Shown: piece after piece, positions 29,224 through 38,441 of the stretch | Numbering within the stretch: the stretch's first letter is position 1 | How the letters are laid out: each line of letters opens with the position of its first letter | Assembly (NCBI GenBank): GCA_000996895.1 | Contig: LCBB01000005.1 | Location: 11,421 to 75,420 of the forward strand | Direction of reading: 5' to 3' | DNA from: a candidate division WWE3 bacterium GW2011_GWC2_41_23 | Lineage (GTDB): Bacteria > Patescibacteriota > WWE3 > UBA101185 > UBA10185 | Length of the DNA stretch: 64,000 bases | Notes under the pieces: model-generated | What the model was told of the DNA's origin: nothing | Database searches by the model: none | The model's input: the letters and a program-made list of their open reading frames with translations, nothing else | Position numbers and translations under genes: made by a program

Positions 29224-30615
29224 ATGCATTCAGGAAAATTTACAAAAATCATTGCCACTCTCGGTCCTTCTAGTAGTTCCGAGAAGGTTATAAAAGAACT
29301 AATCACATCAGGTGTAAATTTATTTCGTTTTAATACTAAGCACGCGGACACGCAGTGGCATCTGGAACATATTAAAAAAGTCCGCGAAGTAAGCGGAAAG
29401 CTGGGAATCAATACCGGTGTAATTGTCGATCTACAGGGACCCGAATGTGTTTTGATTACTTCTTCAGGAGAGGAAATTACTCTTAAAAAAGACGACTTAC
29501 TAAAAATTAAAACCGATGTTTTACTAAATCCTCCCGAAGTGTACGACCAGCTAAATTCGGGGGATACTGTGGTTGTCGATGACGGGAAAATTGAATTTGA
29601 GGTTTCCGGAACAAAAGGAGAACTTTCTTTAAAAGTTGTGAACGCAGGGTTATTAAAATCAGGTAAGGGCGTCTCTTTTAAAAATAAAAAAATATCAACC
29701 CCGACAATAGGGGAAGATGAGAAAAAGAATATAAAAGAATTTTTGAAAAGCGCCCCCGATTTTTTTGCGTTGTCTTTTGTTAGAAATCACGAAGACGTTA
29801 TTAATCTCTCTAAATTTTTATCTGATAACGGGTCAAACGCCGGTATTATTTCCAAAATTGAAACGCAGGGCGGCATAGACGATTTTGATCTTATTGTCGA
29901 AAAAAGCGACGGAATTATGGTGGCGCGCGGTGACTTAGGAGTTGAAGTGTCACTTGAAAAAATCACTTATTACCAAAAAATGATTATCGAAAAATGTCGG
30001 GCTGCAGCCAAACCCGTGATTGTTGCCACTCAAATGCTGGAGTCCATGACCACAAACCCCTCCCCTACCCGTGCCGAAGTTTCGGACATTTCGAATGCAG
30101 TGCGTGACGGTGCGGACGCTGTGATGTTGTCGGGAGAGACTGCAATAGGGAAATATCCCATCGAATCGGTGAAATTTATGCATAAAATAGTGAGTTTTAA
30201 CGAAAAAGCTTTTCACGTTCCCGACGCCCTGGAATTTTCTAAAGACCGCACTTTTAGCATAGTTAAAGCCGCTGTAGAAATTATTAGATCGGACAACGGG
30301 CGTTCAATTTCAAAAATACTTGTAGCTACCGAAACAGGAAAATCGGCGCGCATATTTTCTTCCTTCCGTCCGGAGATACCTATAATTGCGTTAACTCAAA
30401 ATGAGGACACGTTGAAGAAATTAGGATTATCGTACGGTGTCCTACCCAATAAAATCGAATTTCCCGAACACGGTTTAGTGGACGTTACCGAGATAGCACA
30501 CGAGCTGGAAAAAAGAGGAATTCTATCTAAAGGTGAAAATATAATTGTTGTGCACGGAAAGAGATGGCAGGATCCCGGGAATACTAATTCTTTGTATGTT
30601 TTTAATGTTAGTTAA
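29224..30615 (+). CDS. pyk: pyruvate kinase
   Basis: FTKIIATLGPSS, ISKIETQGGIDDFDLIVEKSDGIMVARGDLGVE, MLSGETAIGKYP. Confidence 0.9.
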   Translation: MHSGKFTKIIATLGPSSSSEKVIKELITSGVNLFRFNTKHADTQWHLEHIKKVREVSGKLGINTGVIVDLQGPECVLITSSGEEITLKKDDLLKIKTDVLLNPPEVYDQLNSGDTVVVDDGKIEFEVSGTKGELSLKVVNAGLLKSGKGVSFKNKKISTPTIGEDEKKNIKEFLKSAPDFFALSFVRNHEDVINLSKFLSDNGSNAGIISKIETQGGIDDFDLIVEKSDGIMVARGDLGVEVSLEKITYYQKMIIEKCRAAAKPVIVATQMLESMTTNPSPTRAEVSDISNAVRDGADAVMLSGETAIGKYPIESVKFMHKIVSFNEKAFHVPDALEFSKDRTFSIVKAAVEIIRSDNGRSISKILVATETGKSARIFSSFRPEIPIIALTQNEDTLKKLGLSYGVLPNKIEFPEHGLVDVTEIAHELEKRGILSKGENIIVVHGKRWQDPGNTNSLYVFNVS

Positions 30616-30619
30616 GACG

Positions 30620-31201
30620 CTACTCGCAAGGCACTCCCCACACACCAAGATTATTTTGTTTAGCAATATTCTGTGCAGAAACGTACAGGTCTTTATATTT
30701 GTAATTTTTATCGTAGGTGTATTCTTTCGCTGCTCCCAGTTCCACCATCTTGCCGTTAACGTTTAATCCGGTTCCGGTGTGAATGTACCGCAAAAGTCTA
30801 TCGTATTTATCTTTATCCCCTTGGGTGGAATCATCTTCCAATAGCACGGTTTGATTTTCCAGAAGTTTTTCAAGCTCCGTCCTGCTCCAGTCTCCCCTGC
30901 AATCGGCCGATTCCGGTGCGTTTATGCCTATTAGGCGGACACTTTGCTCGGTGCCCCCTATAAGTACTTTGATAGTGTCCCCGTCGACAACCTTAGTCAG
31001 AGTAACTTGATTTTGGATGGCTTCGGGCGCTCGAGTAGCTTTAGAGAGGACTCCCGGCAGTTTATTAAGGTTCCTGTATATTCCGTACCCTATCAGCGAT
31101 ACCAGCAGGACGTACGCTAGCAAATACAGAAGCTTTTTTACTTCAAATCTTCTTACTTCTTTCACACTGTTAGTGTAAGCTATATTTTCACGCGAGCACA
31201 A
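30620..31201 (-). CDS. membrane-anchored thermonuclease (SNase-like)
   Basis: VVDGDTIKVLIGGTEQSVRLIGINAPE, the SNase Ca-binding/catalytic region. N-terminal TM. Confidence 0.8.
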   Translation of the reverse strand: MCSRENIAYTNSVKEVRRFEVKKLLYLLAYVLLVSLIGYGIYRNLNKLPGVLSKATRAPEAIQNQVTLTKVVDGDTIKVLIGGTEQSVRLIGINAPESADCRGDWSRTELEKLLENQTVLLEDDSTQGDKDKYDRLLRYIHTGTGLNVNGKMVELGAAKEYTYDKNYKYKDLYVSAQNIAKQNNLGVWGVPCE

Positions 31202-31210
31202 TTTTATTTC

Positions 31211-31681
31211 TTACTCTACAGTAAGTGTGCCGACCATTCCCATTTTTCTGTGTTCGCCGACCGAGCAGTAGAATTCAAACGTTCCTGCTTTGTCTGCTAT
31301 GAACTCAACCGTATCGGTTTCGCCCGTCTTAATTACTTTTGTAGCTGCGTTGAATTCGTCGATTTGGAAGTCGTGAAATCCGTCTATATTCTTAAATTCG
31401 ACAATGACCTTATCCCCAACTTTAACAGTTATTACGTTAGGTACAAATTTAAAACTGCTTCCTTCGATTGTTACTTTTACTTCGTTAGGCACTGTTTCCT
31501 CCTCTGTAGCGGTAGGTTCGGCTTCTTCCTCTACGTTAATTACATTGTTAGCTACGGTGTTTGTTACCGGAGGAGTTTTTGGCGCCGGTTTATTAAAAAG
31601 AAAATATATACCCACAACCACTAAAATTAATACTAAAGCTAAATAAGGGAAGTTTTGTTTTTTTGTTGCTTCTGGTTCCAT
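31211..31681 (-). CDS. membrane-anchored cupredoxin (plastocyanin/halocyanin-like blue copper protein)
   Basis: Type-1 copper ligand spacing: H in GFHDFQ, then YCSVGEHRKMGM (Cys, His, Met). Confidence 0.75.
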   Translation of the reverse strand: MEPEATKKQNFPYLALVLILVVVGIYFLFNKPAPKTPPVTNTVANNVINVEEEAEPTATEEETVPNEVKVTIEGSSFKFVPNVITVKVGDKVIVEFKNIDGFHDFQIDEFNAATKVIKTGETDTVEFIADKAGTFEFYCSVGEHRKMGMVGTLTVE

Positions 31682-31766
31682 AAACGTCTTTAATAAATAT
31701 TAAACAAATAGATACTTGTCAATATATTACACTAAATCAAGCCGGCTGCAAGACCCCTCCCACTGT

Positions 31767-31795
31767 TTGACTATCAAGGACTCATAGTGTAATAT
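31767..31795 (+). promoter_or_regulatory. sigma70-like promoter for 31900-32532
   Basis: -35 TTGACT, 17-nt spacer, -10 TAATAT. About 100 nt of 5' UTR contains an imperfect hairpin (ggaaagggctt...aagccttccc). Confidence 0.5.
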
Positions 31796-31899
31796 CTAGT
31801 GTTTCGACGATTCCTGCCGGAAAGGGCTTAGATAAAGCCTTCCCTACCTTACCAACTACTTGCTGCGAGATGTAGCAACTTAAAAAGTGTAAGAAGGGG

Positions 31900-32532
31900 G
31901 TGAGTAACATGAAGAAAGCCATAATATACATGGCTGTAGTATTAGTAGCTGTTGGATTACTGTTCACAGTAAAAACCAAAGCTGCTGCATTTACAGGTAA
32001 TGGGGCTCCCAGCGGTGCTCACTATAACCTAAACATTATAGGAGTATTTAAAGACAAAACCGCACTTATGGATTCCAACAGCGGACACAGGATTTTCGTT
32101 CCGTTGACAGGAAAAATTAAGATCAACCTTTTACCCGGAACCGGTTTCGCAGTTTTAGATGCGAATGGTACCGACGGTAATGGAGCTACATTCAGTTTGC
32201 CTAATCCGGATCCCGATAATGACGGTGTAACTACTTACACTGTTTGGGCAAGAGCTTTAGGTAAACCGGGTGGTACATCCACCACAACTCCGTGTGCATA
32301 CCTGGATGGCGTTGAGTACTGCTCAACATCAAACGTTGTGTTAGTCAGAGAAAAGGGCAAGAGCTCTTTTACTAACGTAACTTCACAACTCCTGTATGTA
32401 TATGTTGACCTTGATGGCGATGGGGTTGAAGAAAGATATCCGTTATTTGATCCCGCACTTCAGGATTATTTCTGGAGCTACGACAACAACGGATTGAAGT
32501 TAGCTCAGTTTAGGTTCTACATGAGTGAATAA
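31900..32532 (+). CDS. secreted hypothetical protein
   Basis: Signal peptide MKKAIIYMAVVLVAVGLLFTVKTKA. Thr/Gly-rich. Confidence 0.5.
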   Translation: MSNMKKAIIYMAVVLVAVGLLFTVKTKAAAFTGNGAPSGAHYNLNIIGVFKDKTALMDSNSGHRIFVPLTGKIKINLLPGTGFAVLDANGTDGNGATFSLPNPDPDNDGVTTYTVWARALGKPGGTSTTTPCAYLDGVEYCSTSNVVLVREKGKSSFTNVTSQLLYVYVDLDGDGVEERYPLFDPALQDYFWSYDNNGLKLAQFRFYMSE

Positions 32533-32614
32533 CAGTGCAGAACTAAAGCGGTTTGTTGTAAGTTTGGAAGGAGGCCTCAGGTAAAACGTTTGTCCAATTT
32601 ACCTGTTCACAAAA

Positions 32615-32652
32615 GCAGCCCGTTTTCTCTACGGGCTGCTTTCCCTTTTTTT
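32615..32652 (+). terminator. rho-independent terminator
   Basis: agcagcccgttttctctacgggctgct followed by ttcccttttttt. Confidence 0.65.
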
Positions 32653-32716
32653 ATCCCCTATTAGTGCGACTTTTTGCCCCTTGAGTTAGTCCGTCCTTTC
32701 AATATACAATTTATGT

Positions 32717-33583
32717 ATGCCTAATAATTTTAAAAAGAAATCTTACGTCCTTTATTCTCTCCATTTACCAATTTTAATAGCAATTTTTGCCGTTGTAGCC
32801 GGTGGCTCGTATTTGGTGACCAACAAGGTTGCGAATACGCGTAATTTGCCTCAGGTACAGGGTAAGAAGACAGAAAAGACTACCGGAAGCACCAAATCCT
32901 TGAAAAATACCGACATAGAGGCGGGTACGACTGCAGAAGAGCACAAAAGGGTCGTAGAAAAGGTTGCAAAAGAGCTCAAGAACGTTGCCGAGGTGGAAGA
33001 AGCCGAAGGTAACGAAGTAGTCAGCGAGGAGCTTACCTTTATAGCTGAAGAGCAGGAAGAAACTGCCGAAGATACCGCAGAAACCCTCGAAGATATTGAT
33101 AGCGCTCCAAAGTGGAAGACTTTCCTTCTAGGTACCGACTATAAAAATCTCGGTCAGCTGAGAAGTACGGTTGCACATAACACTAATGCGATTAGACAGC
33201 TGACACGGACCGCTGAAAGAGTGACTACTGAGGGTGGGGACACGGCTATACAGGAGAACATAGCACTACTAACGCAGGAAAGGGATAGACTGGTTGCCGT
33301 AATACAGGCAGGGGAAAGTCAGTTTAGCTTATTAGGTTGGATTTCAAGGCTTATTACAGGATATGTACCTACTCCTATAGAAGATGAAACTTCTGATGAG
33401 TTAGAAGGTGTTGGGGATACACCCCCGGCCGGTGAATTAGAGGGAGTTGGTGAAACGCCTCCTGCGTCAGCAGATGATACGGAAGGTACGGGAACTACAG
33501 AGCCGGGCTTGGATGCCGGAGATACGGAGCCGGTTGAGTCCAGTCCCGATACTCAAACAGAGAATCCTGTGACGACTGAATAG
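32717..33583 (+). CDS. membrane-anchored acidic repeat protein, hypothetical
   Basis: N-terminal TM, then a Glu/Asp/Thr-rich low-complexity region with a short internal repeat (ELEGVGDTPPA / ELEGVGETPPA). Confidence 0.45.
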   Translation: MPNNFKKKSYVLYSLHLPILIAIFAVVAGGSYLVTNKVANTRNLPQVQGKKTEKTTGSTKSLKNTDIEAGTTAEEHKRVVEKVAKELKNVAEVEEAEGNEVVSEELTFIAEEQEETAEDTAETLEDIDSAPKWKTFLLGTDYKNLGQLRSTVAHNTNAIRQLTRTAERVTTEGGDTAIQENIALLTQERDRLVAVIQAGESQFSLLGWISRLITGYVPTPIEDETSDELEGVGDTPPAGELEGVGETPPASADDTEGTGTTEPGLDAGDTEPVESSPDTQTENPVTTE

Positions 33584-33594
33584 ATAGACGGGAA

Positions 33595-35214
33595 TTAATA
33601 GTTAAATTGTCCGTATAATCTCTGTGATACACGTATTACGTGTATAGGTGTGTTTTCGCGCTTTATTTCATAGACTATTGGGAAAGTATTTTGGTAGGCA
33701 GCATCATCTGTTTGTTTCCTCAATTGTTCATTGAATGTATCACAGATTATCACGTCGGCATCGCGCGATCTTCCGACAAGTTCATACTGGAACTGAGAGT
33801 AATAAACTACAGAGAACTGATTATCGCAAGCGTAGACCTTGAGGTTGTTAATTCCCGTTCCTTGAACGTTTTTTAGCACTCTCTGTGCTGATTCTTTATA
33901 AGCAGCCCCCCAATAATCTAACTCAAAATTTTTGTTTGCTCCCCTAAGTCCTCCTATGAGTTCGTTGTAGTAAATGTACTCATAAGGATGCAGGAAAATC
34001 ATTCTTACTAACGTAAATAGTAAATATATCGATACGGAGCTTAGCAAAACAAATTTCTGTTTTGTTTTTGCTTTATTGTATAGATCAACCAGAAAAAACG
34101 AAGCAAGCAAAACCAGACAGACCGCGAGATACAGAAAATGTCTAATTCCGTTATAGACAACGGGGTGCAGAACTATGTATATAATAAAGTTGATAAGGAT
34201 GGTCACCGAGATGATAGAAACCGGGTGAGAAACGTTATAGCGAAGTTTTTTTCTAATTATTAAAAATAATCCTGAACCCAAAGATAGCAAAACCGATAGT
34301 GGTAGTTGTAATGACAATAATACGGGTAAGTAGTGCCATGGGCGTCTCTCTTTTGAAAGAAACTCACCCATGTAAAGAATTTTATGATTCCATGTTTGAA
34401 ATTCGGTCGATTCGGTAACTATATATATAAGATTGGCAAAAAAGTTTGTTCCTAAAAAAGGTACGCTTAACACCCAAATAAATAGTGAAATCATTAGGAT
34501 AAGTGTCGAGTTTAGCAGGGTTTTTGCCCAGCTTTCTTTACCGGTTACTAATCGAAAAATACTAAATAGAACATATACTACAAAAAGTGTTGCTCCTACA
34601 ATCCGCATGCTTTGGGCAATTCCGAAAACCACACCTAACGCGAGAATTTCCACAGATTTGTTTTTTGGGTATTTCATAAAATATGTAATAAGTAGGATTC
34701 CTAGAAGAAAAATTGTCGCGAAAGGTATATCTTTCGGATTTGCCGGTATGTGGCCGCTCACAGCTGGCGTGAGTAACAAAAGTGCGGGTCCGACAATTGC
34801 CCTCGAGCCGTCGTCATACACTAAATAAAGTATCGCGTAAGAAAAAAGAAATAAAAAAAGTCCCAAAATAAGGTTTTGAAGATGAAACCACTCGAAGTAA
34901 TAAGAGGGGTTTAAGATGTTTAATAAGGCGGGGTAAACTCTTGAGTAGGTGCTAAATAAGGGCAGTTGGTGAGAATATTTGATGTTGTCAGACTTATCGT
35001 TCACAAGCTTAGTTGTGTACTCTAAAGTTGTGGGAGTTACTAGATAGGCTGAAAGGTATTTCCCAGCATCGTACTCGACTTTTTCGTCGTATGTAACCCC
35101 GAAGTCTTTATAAAGTAGTAATGACGCTGCAAGGTAGATTGCCGAAAAAGCAACAATATAAACGTGCTTATTTATGAGCCGTTTTAGTGCGTGTACAAAT
35201 CTTTTGCTATTCAC
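33595..35214 (-). CDS. polytopic membrane protein (GT-C-like glycosyltransferase candidate)
   Basis: 539 aa with many TM helices. Similar architecture to the 0.9-18 kb membrane protein family. Confidence 0.45.
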   Translation of the reverse strand: MNSKRFVHALKRLINKHVYIVAFSAIYLAASLLLYKDFGVTYDEKVEYDAGKYLSAYLVTPTTLEYTTKLVNDKSDNIKYSHQLPLFSTYSRVYPALLNILNPSYYFEWFHLQNLILGLFLFLFSYAILYLVYDDGSRAIVGPALLLLTPAVSGHIPANPKDIPFATIFLLGILLITYFMKYPKNKSVEILALGVVFGIAQSMRIVGATLFVVYVLFSIFRLVTGKESWAKTLLNSTLILMISLFIWVLSVPFLGTNFFANLIYIVTESTEFQTWNHKILYMGEFLSKERRPWHYLPVLLSLQLPLSVLLSLGSGLFLIIRKKLRYNVSHPVSIISVTILINFIIYIVLHPVVYNGIRHFLYLAVCLVLLASFFLVDLYNKAKTKQKFVLLSSVSIYLLFTLVRMIFLHPYEYIYYNELIGGLRGANKNFELDYWGAAYKESAQRVLKNVQGTGINNLKVYACDNQFSVVYYSQFQYELVGRSRDADVIICDTFNEQLRKQTDDAAYQNTFPIVYEIKRENTPIHVIRVSQRLYGQFNY

Positions 35215-35218
35215 AGGA

Positions 35219-35887
35219 CTATTCGCAATTCATACTTTTCAAACACTGCGCTTTCTGCTCCTCTGTTTCCATCAGGTCACAAAGTGCGCAGGTGTTGCCT
35301 GTTTCTCCGGGTGTTTCAACTGTCTTTGTGAGTTCAGATAAATCAACAAACTCAACGTCCGTTGGTAGCTCGAATAACGACTGGTCGGGAATCCAGGGAA
35401 GACACTTATAATCAAAACTTTCCTGCAAAGCTTTTGCCTGTTCCGGAATGTTACCGGGTTCTTCAGTATCCAAGGATTCTTCATCCACTACAATTTTATA
35501 TCCTTGAGGCATTAAAGGACTCCATGTATACATTGCATTGTCCATTGAAATAAAATGGCTTTCTACGCTCGTGTTATTGGACATTGTAATGGTGCTGTCC
35601 CCCCTCATTTTGGTTCCTGAGACATATATGGTTCCCGTTCCTGTAGTTCCCTCTTGCTCCGGCGTAGCGTAGGTACATTTAACTGATTTTCCTAAAGTTA
35701 TTAAATCTGTGATTTTTCCTGAGAAAGAGCTTTCACTTTCTTGTCCCTCTCCTTTAATTTGGTTCGTTAGGCTGTCCGAATTGTCTATACCTGTAGATGT
35801 TTTTTTCAGAGTTTTGTAGCCGAAATAACCGCCTGTCAAAAGTAAAATTAATAAAAGAACTATGCCTATAATTTTTACGTTTTTCAT
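35219..35887 (-). CDS. secreted protein with Cys-rich C-terminus, hypothetical
   Basis: N-terminal anchor MKNVKIIGIVLLLILLLTGGYFGY. C-terminus CALCDLMETEEQKAQCLKSMNCE. Confidence 0.45.
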   Translation of the reverse strand: MKNVKIIGIVLLLILLLTGGYFGYKTLKKTSTGIDNSDSLTNQIKGEGQESESSFSGKITDLITLGKSVKCTYATPEQEGTTGTGTIYVSGTKMRGDSTITMSNNTSVESHFISMDNAMYTWSPLMPQGYKIVVDEESLDTEEPGNIPEQAKALQESFDYKCLPWIPDQSLFELPTDVEFVDLSELTKTVETPGETGNTCALCDLMETEEQKAQCLKSMNCE

Positions 35888-36036
35888 AACCTAATTATAC
35901 ATCACACACCCAGCGTTTCCCGTATATATCCTATAGTACGAAATAGGAAAAAGTATTGCCCAAAAACCTTTATTGATATACTATAAGCCAAATTAGAATT
36001 CTCAAATAAGAGAAATTACCGAACGGGGAGGGAGAT

Positions 36037-36744
36037 ATGAAGAGAATGTTTTTAGTGGCATTACTGGTATTTGTTATGTTCGGGTTGTTAAACAACAGCG
36101 CAGCAGCGCAATTCGACAACGGCGAACAGGCACAAATTTACCCGGTTGTCCGTACTCCGTATCCTGAGCTTATTTACACACCGGAGGCTTGTCAGGAGGG
36201 GTCGGACAAGATTTGTTTCGGCGATTACTACAAGGTTTTGCCAAAGACTTCGTACGTGAACAAGGTAATTGTCCCCGACACAATCGTTATTCACACTGAC
36301 GACCAGTCCGGAAAGACGCCTGAAAAGTGGTTCTCTACTACAACGTGGAATGGTCTGGCAGGAAGAGACAGCGGAGGGCGCAGCGTGCATTTTGGTGTCG
36401 GCCTTGATGGAATCGGACAATTTCTCACGATGTACGAGGGTGGTGTAATACAATGCCGTGGCGCGGGCCGTAATCTTGACAGCCATTCTGTACAAATTGA
36501 GATGGGCGGCCGTTCGTATAACACTATGTTGAACGGTAAAGCCTCTCCAGCCATGGTGCGCTCTATTGAAATTATTACAGCGCAGACTGTCGACCTGGTA
36601 CTCGTTCTTATGGAAACTTATGATATTCCCATCGAGAACGTTATCGGCCACTACGAAGTGGAAGGTTCAGGTAAAACTGACCCGGGCGATATCTACCTTG
36701 AGCAGTATTTTTTGCCTTTGTTGAAAAAGAAATTAGGTAATTAA
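36037..36744 (+). CDS. secreted N-acetylmuramoyl-L-alanine amidase (Amidase_2/PGRP-like)
   Basis: VHFGVGLDG..., NLDSHSVQIEMGG and IGHYEVEGSGKTDPGD match Amidase_2 zinc-ligand regions. Signal peptide present. Confidence 0.55.
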   Translation: MKRMFLVALLVFVMFGLLNNSAAAQFDNGEQAQIYPVVRTPYPELIYTPEACQEGSDKICFGDYYKVLPKTSYVNKVIVPDTIVIHTDDQSGKTPEKWFSTTTWNGLAGRDSGGRSVHFGVGLDGIGQFLTMYEGGVIQCRGAGRNLDSHSVQIEMGGRSYNTMLNGKASPAMVRSIEIITAQTVDLVLVLMETYDIPIENVIGHYEVEGSGKTDPGDIYLEQYFLPLLKKKLGN

Positions 36745-36764
36745 CTCTGCAAAGGCGCACTTTA

Positions 36765-36806
36765 AGCTCCGGTATTTTTTGTCAACTACCGGAGCTTTTT
36801 CTTTTA
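36765..36806 (+). terminator. rho-independent terminator
   Basis: 10-bp stem agctccggta/taccggagct followed by tttttctttt. Confidence 0.65.
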
Positions 36807-36839
36807 TAATAAATTATGCTAGTATGTTTGTTCTGAGAT

Positions 36840-37901
36840 ATGAAAAAGTTTATTGCCCTTATCTTTTTAATTTCCGTTTCAATCGTAGCTCTGTACTTAA
36901 TGCGTACGGATAGAACCTCGGCAGTCACTACAAATATAACTTCACCATTTACAAAAGCGGAGCAAGAAGTTTACGTTTCCCCTATAAGCATTGATTACTT
37001 AAGGTCTCAGCAAATTGACTCCCCCGCCCCCATTATTGAGGAAGAGCTTTCTGATGGCTCAAATTATAAAAAGTACGTAGCCAGTTATATTAGCGAGTGG
37101 AATAAGATTTACGGATATTTGACTGTTCCTAAGGAAGCACCCCCCGAAGGCGGTTATCCCGCAATTATATTCAACCACGGCTATATTCCCCCGGCTCAAT
37201 ATGTAACTACCCAAAGTTATGTTTCTTACATAGACAGCCTGGCCAGAAACGGCTTTGTAGTCTTTAAAATCGACCTTAGAGGGCACGGCAACTCAGAGGG
37301 TTCTTCAACAGGCTCTTATTTTTCGTCAGCATACACGATCGATGCTATCAGCGCGGTCAAGAGTCTTCAAAAGTATGAAAATGTAAATCCGGGAAAAATA
37401 GGAATGTGGGGCCATAGTATGGGTGGTAACCTGGTGCTTAGAGCAATGTTGGTGTCGGGTGAAATAAAGGCGGGAGTAATTTGGGCGGGAGCAGTTTATA
37501 GTTATGAAGATTTTGCTAAGTACAGAATAAGTGACAATAGTTATGTGCACAGGCCGGATCTGACGTCAGAGCAAAGTGAAGACGTACATCGCGAAAATTC
37601 TATGGAGATCCAGAAATTACGCGATGGTTCCGAATACATAGATTACAATAATGATTTCTGGTCCTCCATATCTCTTACGAAGAATATCAATTATTTAACG
37701 GGGGCATTACAACTTCACCACTCGGTAAATGATGACGTTGTTAATATTGGGTACACGAGAGATCTTGTTGAGGTATTAGACAGTGCGGGAAAAGATTACT
37801 CCGTGTATGAGTACGAAGCAGGGGGACACAATATTGTATCTCCCTACTACGAAACGGCGATGCAAAGAACCGTGGAGTTTTTCAAAGAAAAATTACTTTA
37901 A
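36840..37901 (+). CDS. membrane-anchored alpha/beta-hydrolase (dienelactone hydrolase / S9 peptidase-like)
   Basis: Nucleophile elbow GMWGHSMGG (GxSxG). HGYIPP, and LHHSVNDDVV near the C-terminal His region. Confidence 0.7.
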   Translation: MKKFIALIFLISVSIVALYLMRTDRTSAVTTNITSPFTKAEQEVYVSPISIDYLRSQQIDSPAPIIEEELSDGSNYKKYVASYISEWNKIYGYLTVPKEAPPEGGYPAIIFNHGYIPPAQYVTTQSYVSYIDSLARNGFVVFKIDLRGHGNSEGSSTGSYFSSAYTIDAISAVKSLQKYENVNPGKIGMWGHSMGGNLVLRAMLVSGEIKAGVIWAGAVYSYEDFAKYRISDNSYVHRPDLTSEQSEDVHRENSMEIQKLRDGSEYIDYNNDFWSSISLTKNINYLTGALQLHHSVNDDVVNIGYTRDLVEVLDSAGKDYSVYEYEAGGHNIVSPYYETAMQRTVEFFKEKLL

Positions 37902-38324
37902 GCCGGTTGAACCAATCCCTCCCCTATCCGTATTTCCGAGCGTTTCTACTTCTTCCAGCTCCATTTTTTCATAGTTTATTACGGAAATTTGGGCTACTCT
38001 TGTGCCCTTTTCTACCGTAACGGCGGCGTTTGTAACGTTGTAAACAATTAGCTTATATTCGTCGTTGTCCCCACTAAAATCCGAATCCCCTATACCGATT
38101 CCGTTGGCAGGAATAAGCCCGAGTTTGTGTGTCGAACTACGCGCGGCTAAAAGAACCCAACAACCTTGTGGAATTTCAAGAGCCACGTTCAGAGGAATGT
38201 ATCCTAATCCTTGAGGTTGAATTGTTGTGGTTTCGCGGGCAGACAAATCCATGCAGGCGGCGCCTTTAGTTTTATATTCAGGTAAAGGAATACTTTTATC
38301 AAATCTTTTTATTTTTATTTTCAT
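37893..38324 (-). CDS. dut: dUTP diphosphatase
   Basis: dUTPase motifs AARSSTH, GIGDSDFSG, RGGIGSTG. Confidence 0.85.
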   Translation of the reverse strand: MKIKIKRFDKSIPLPEYKTKGAACMDLSARETTTIQPQGLGYIPLNVALEIPQGCWVLLAARSSTHKLGLIPANGIGIGDSDFSGDNDEYKLIVYNVTNAAVTVEKGTRVAQISVINYEKMELEEVETLGNTDRGGIGSTGLK

Positions 38325-38441
38325 TCCAGAAGTTTAGCACATAGCTAAATCGCACTGCTTAGTCCGTAATTATTTTATCCTCACTTTTTAAACAGTCTTA
38401 AGTTTCTAAGAAAGGATATTTAATGTAATATCCGATAACAA

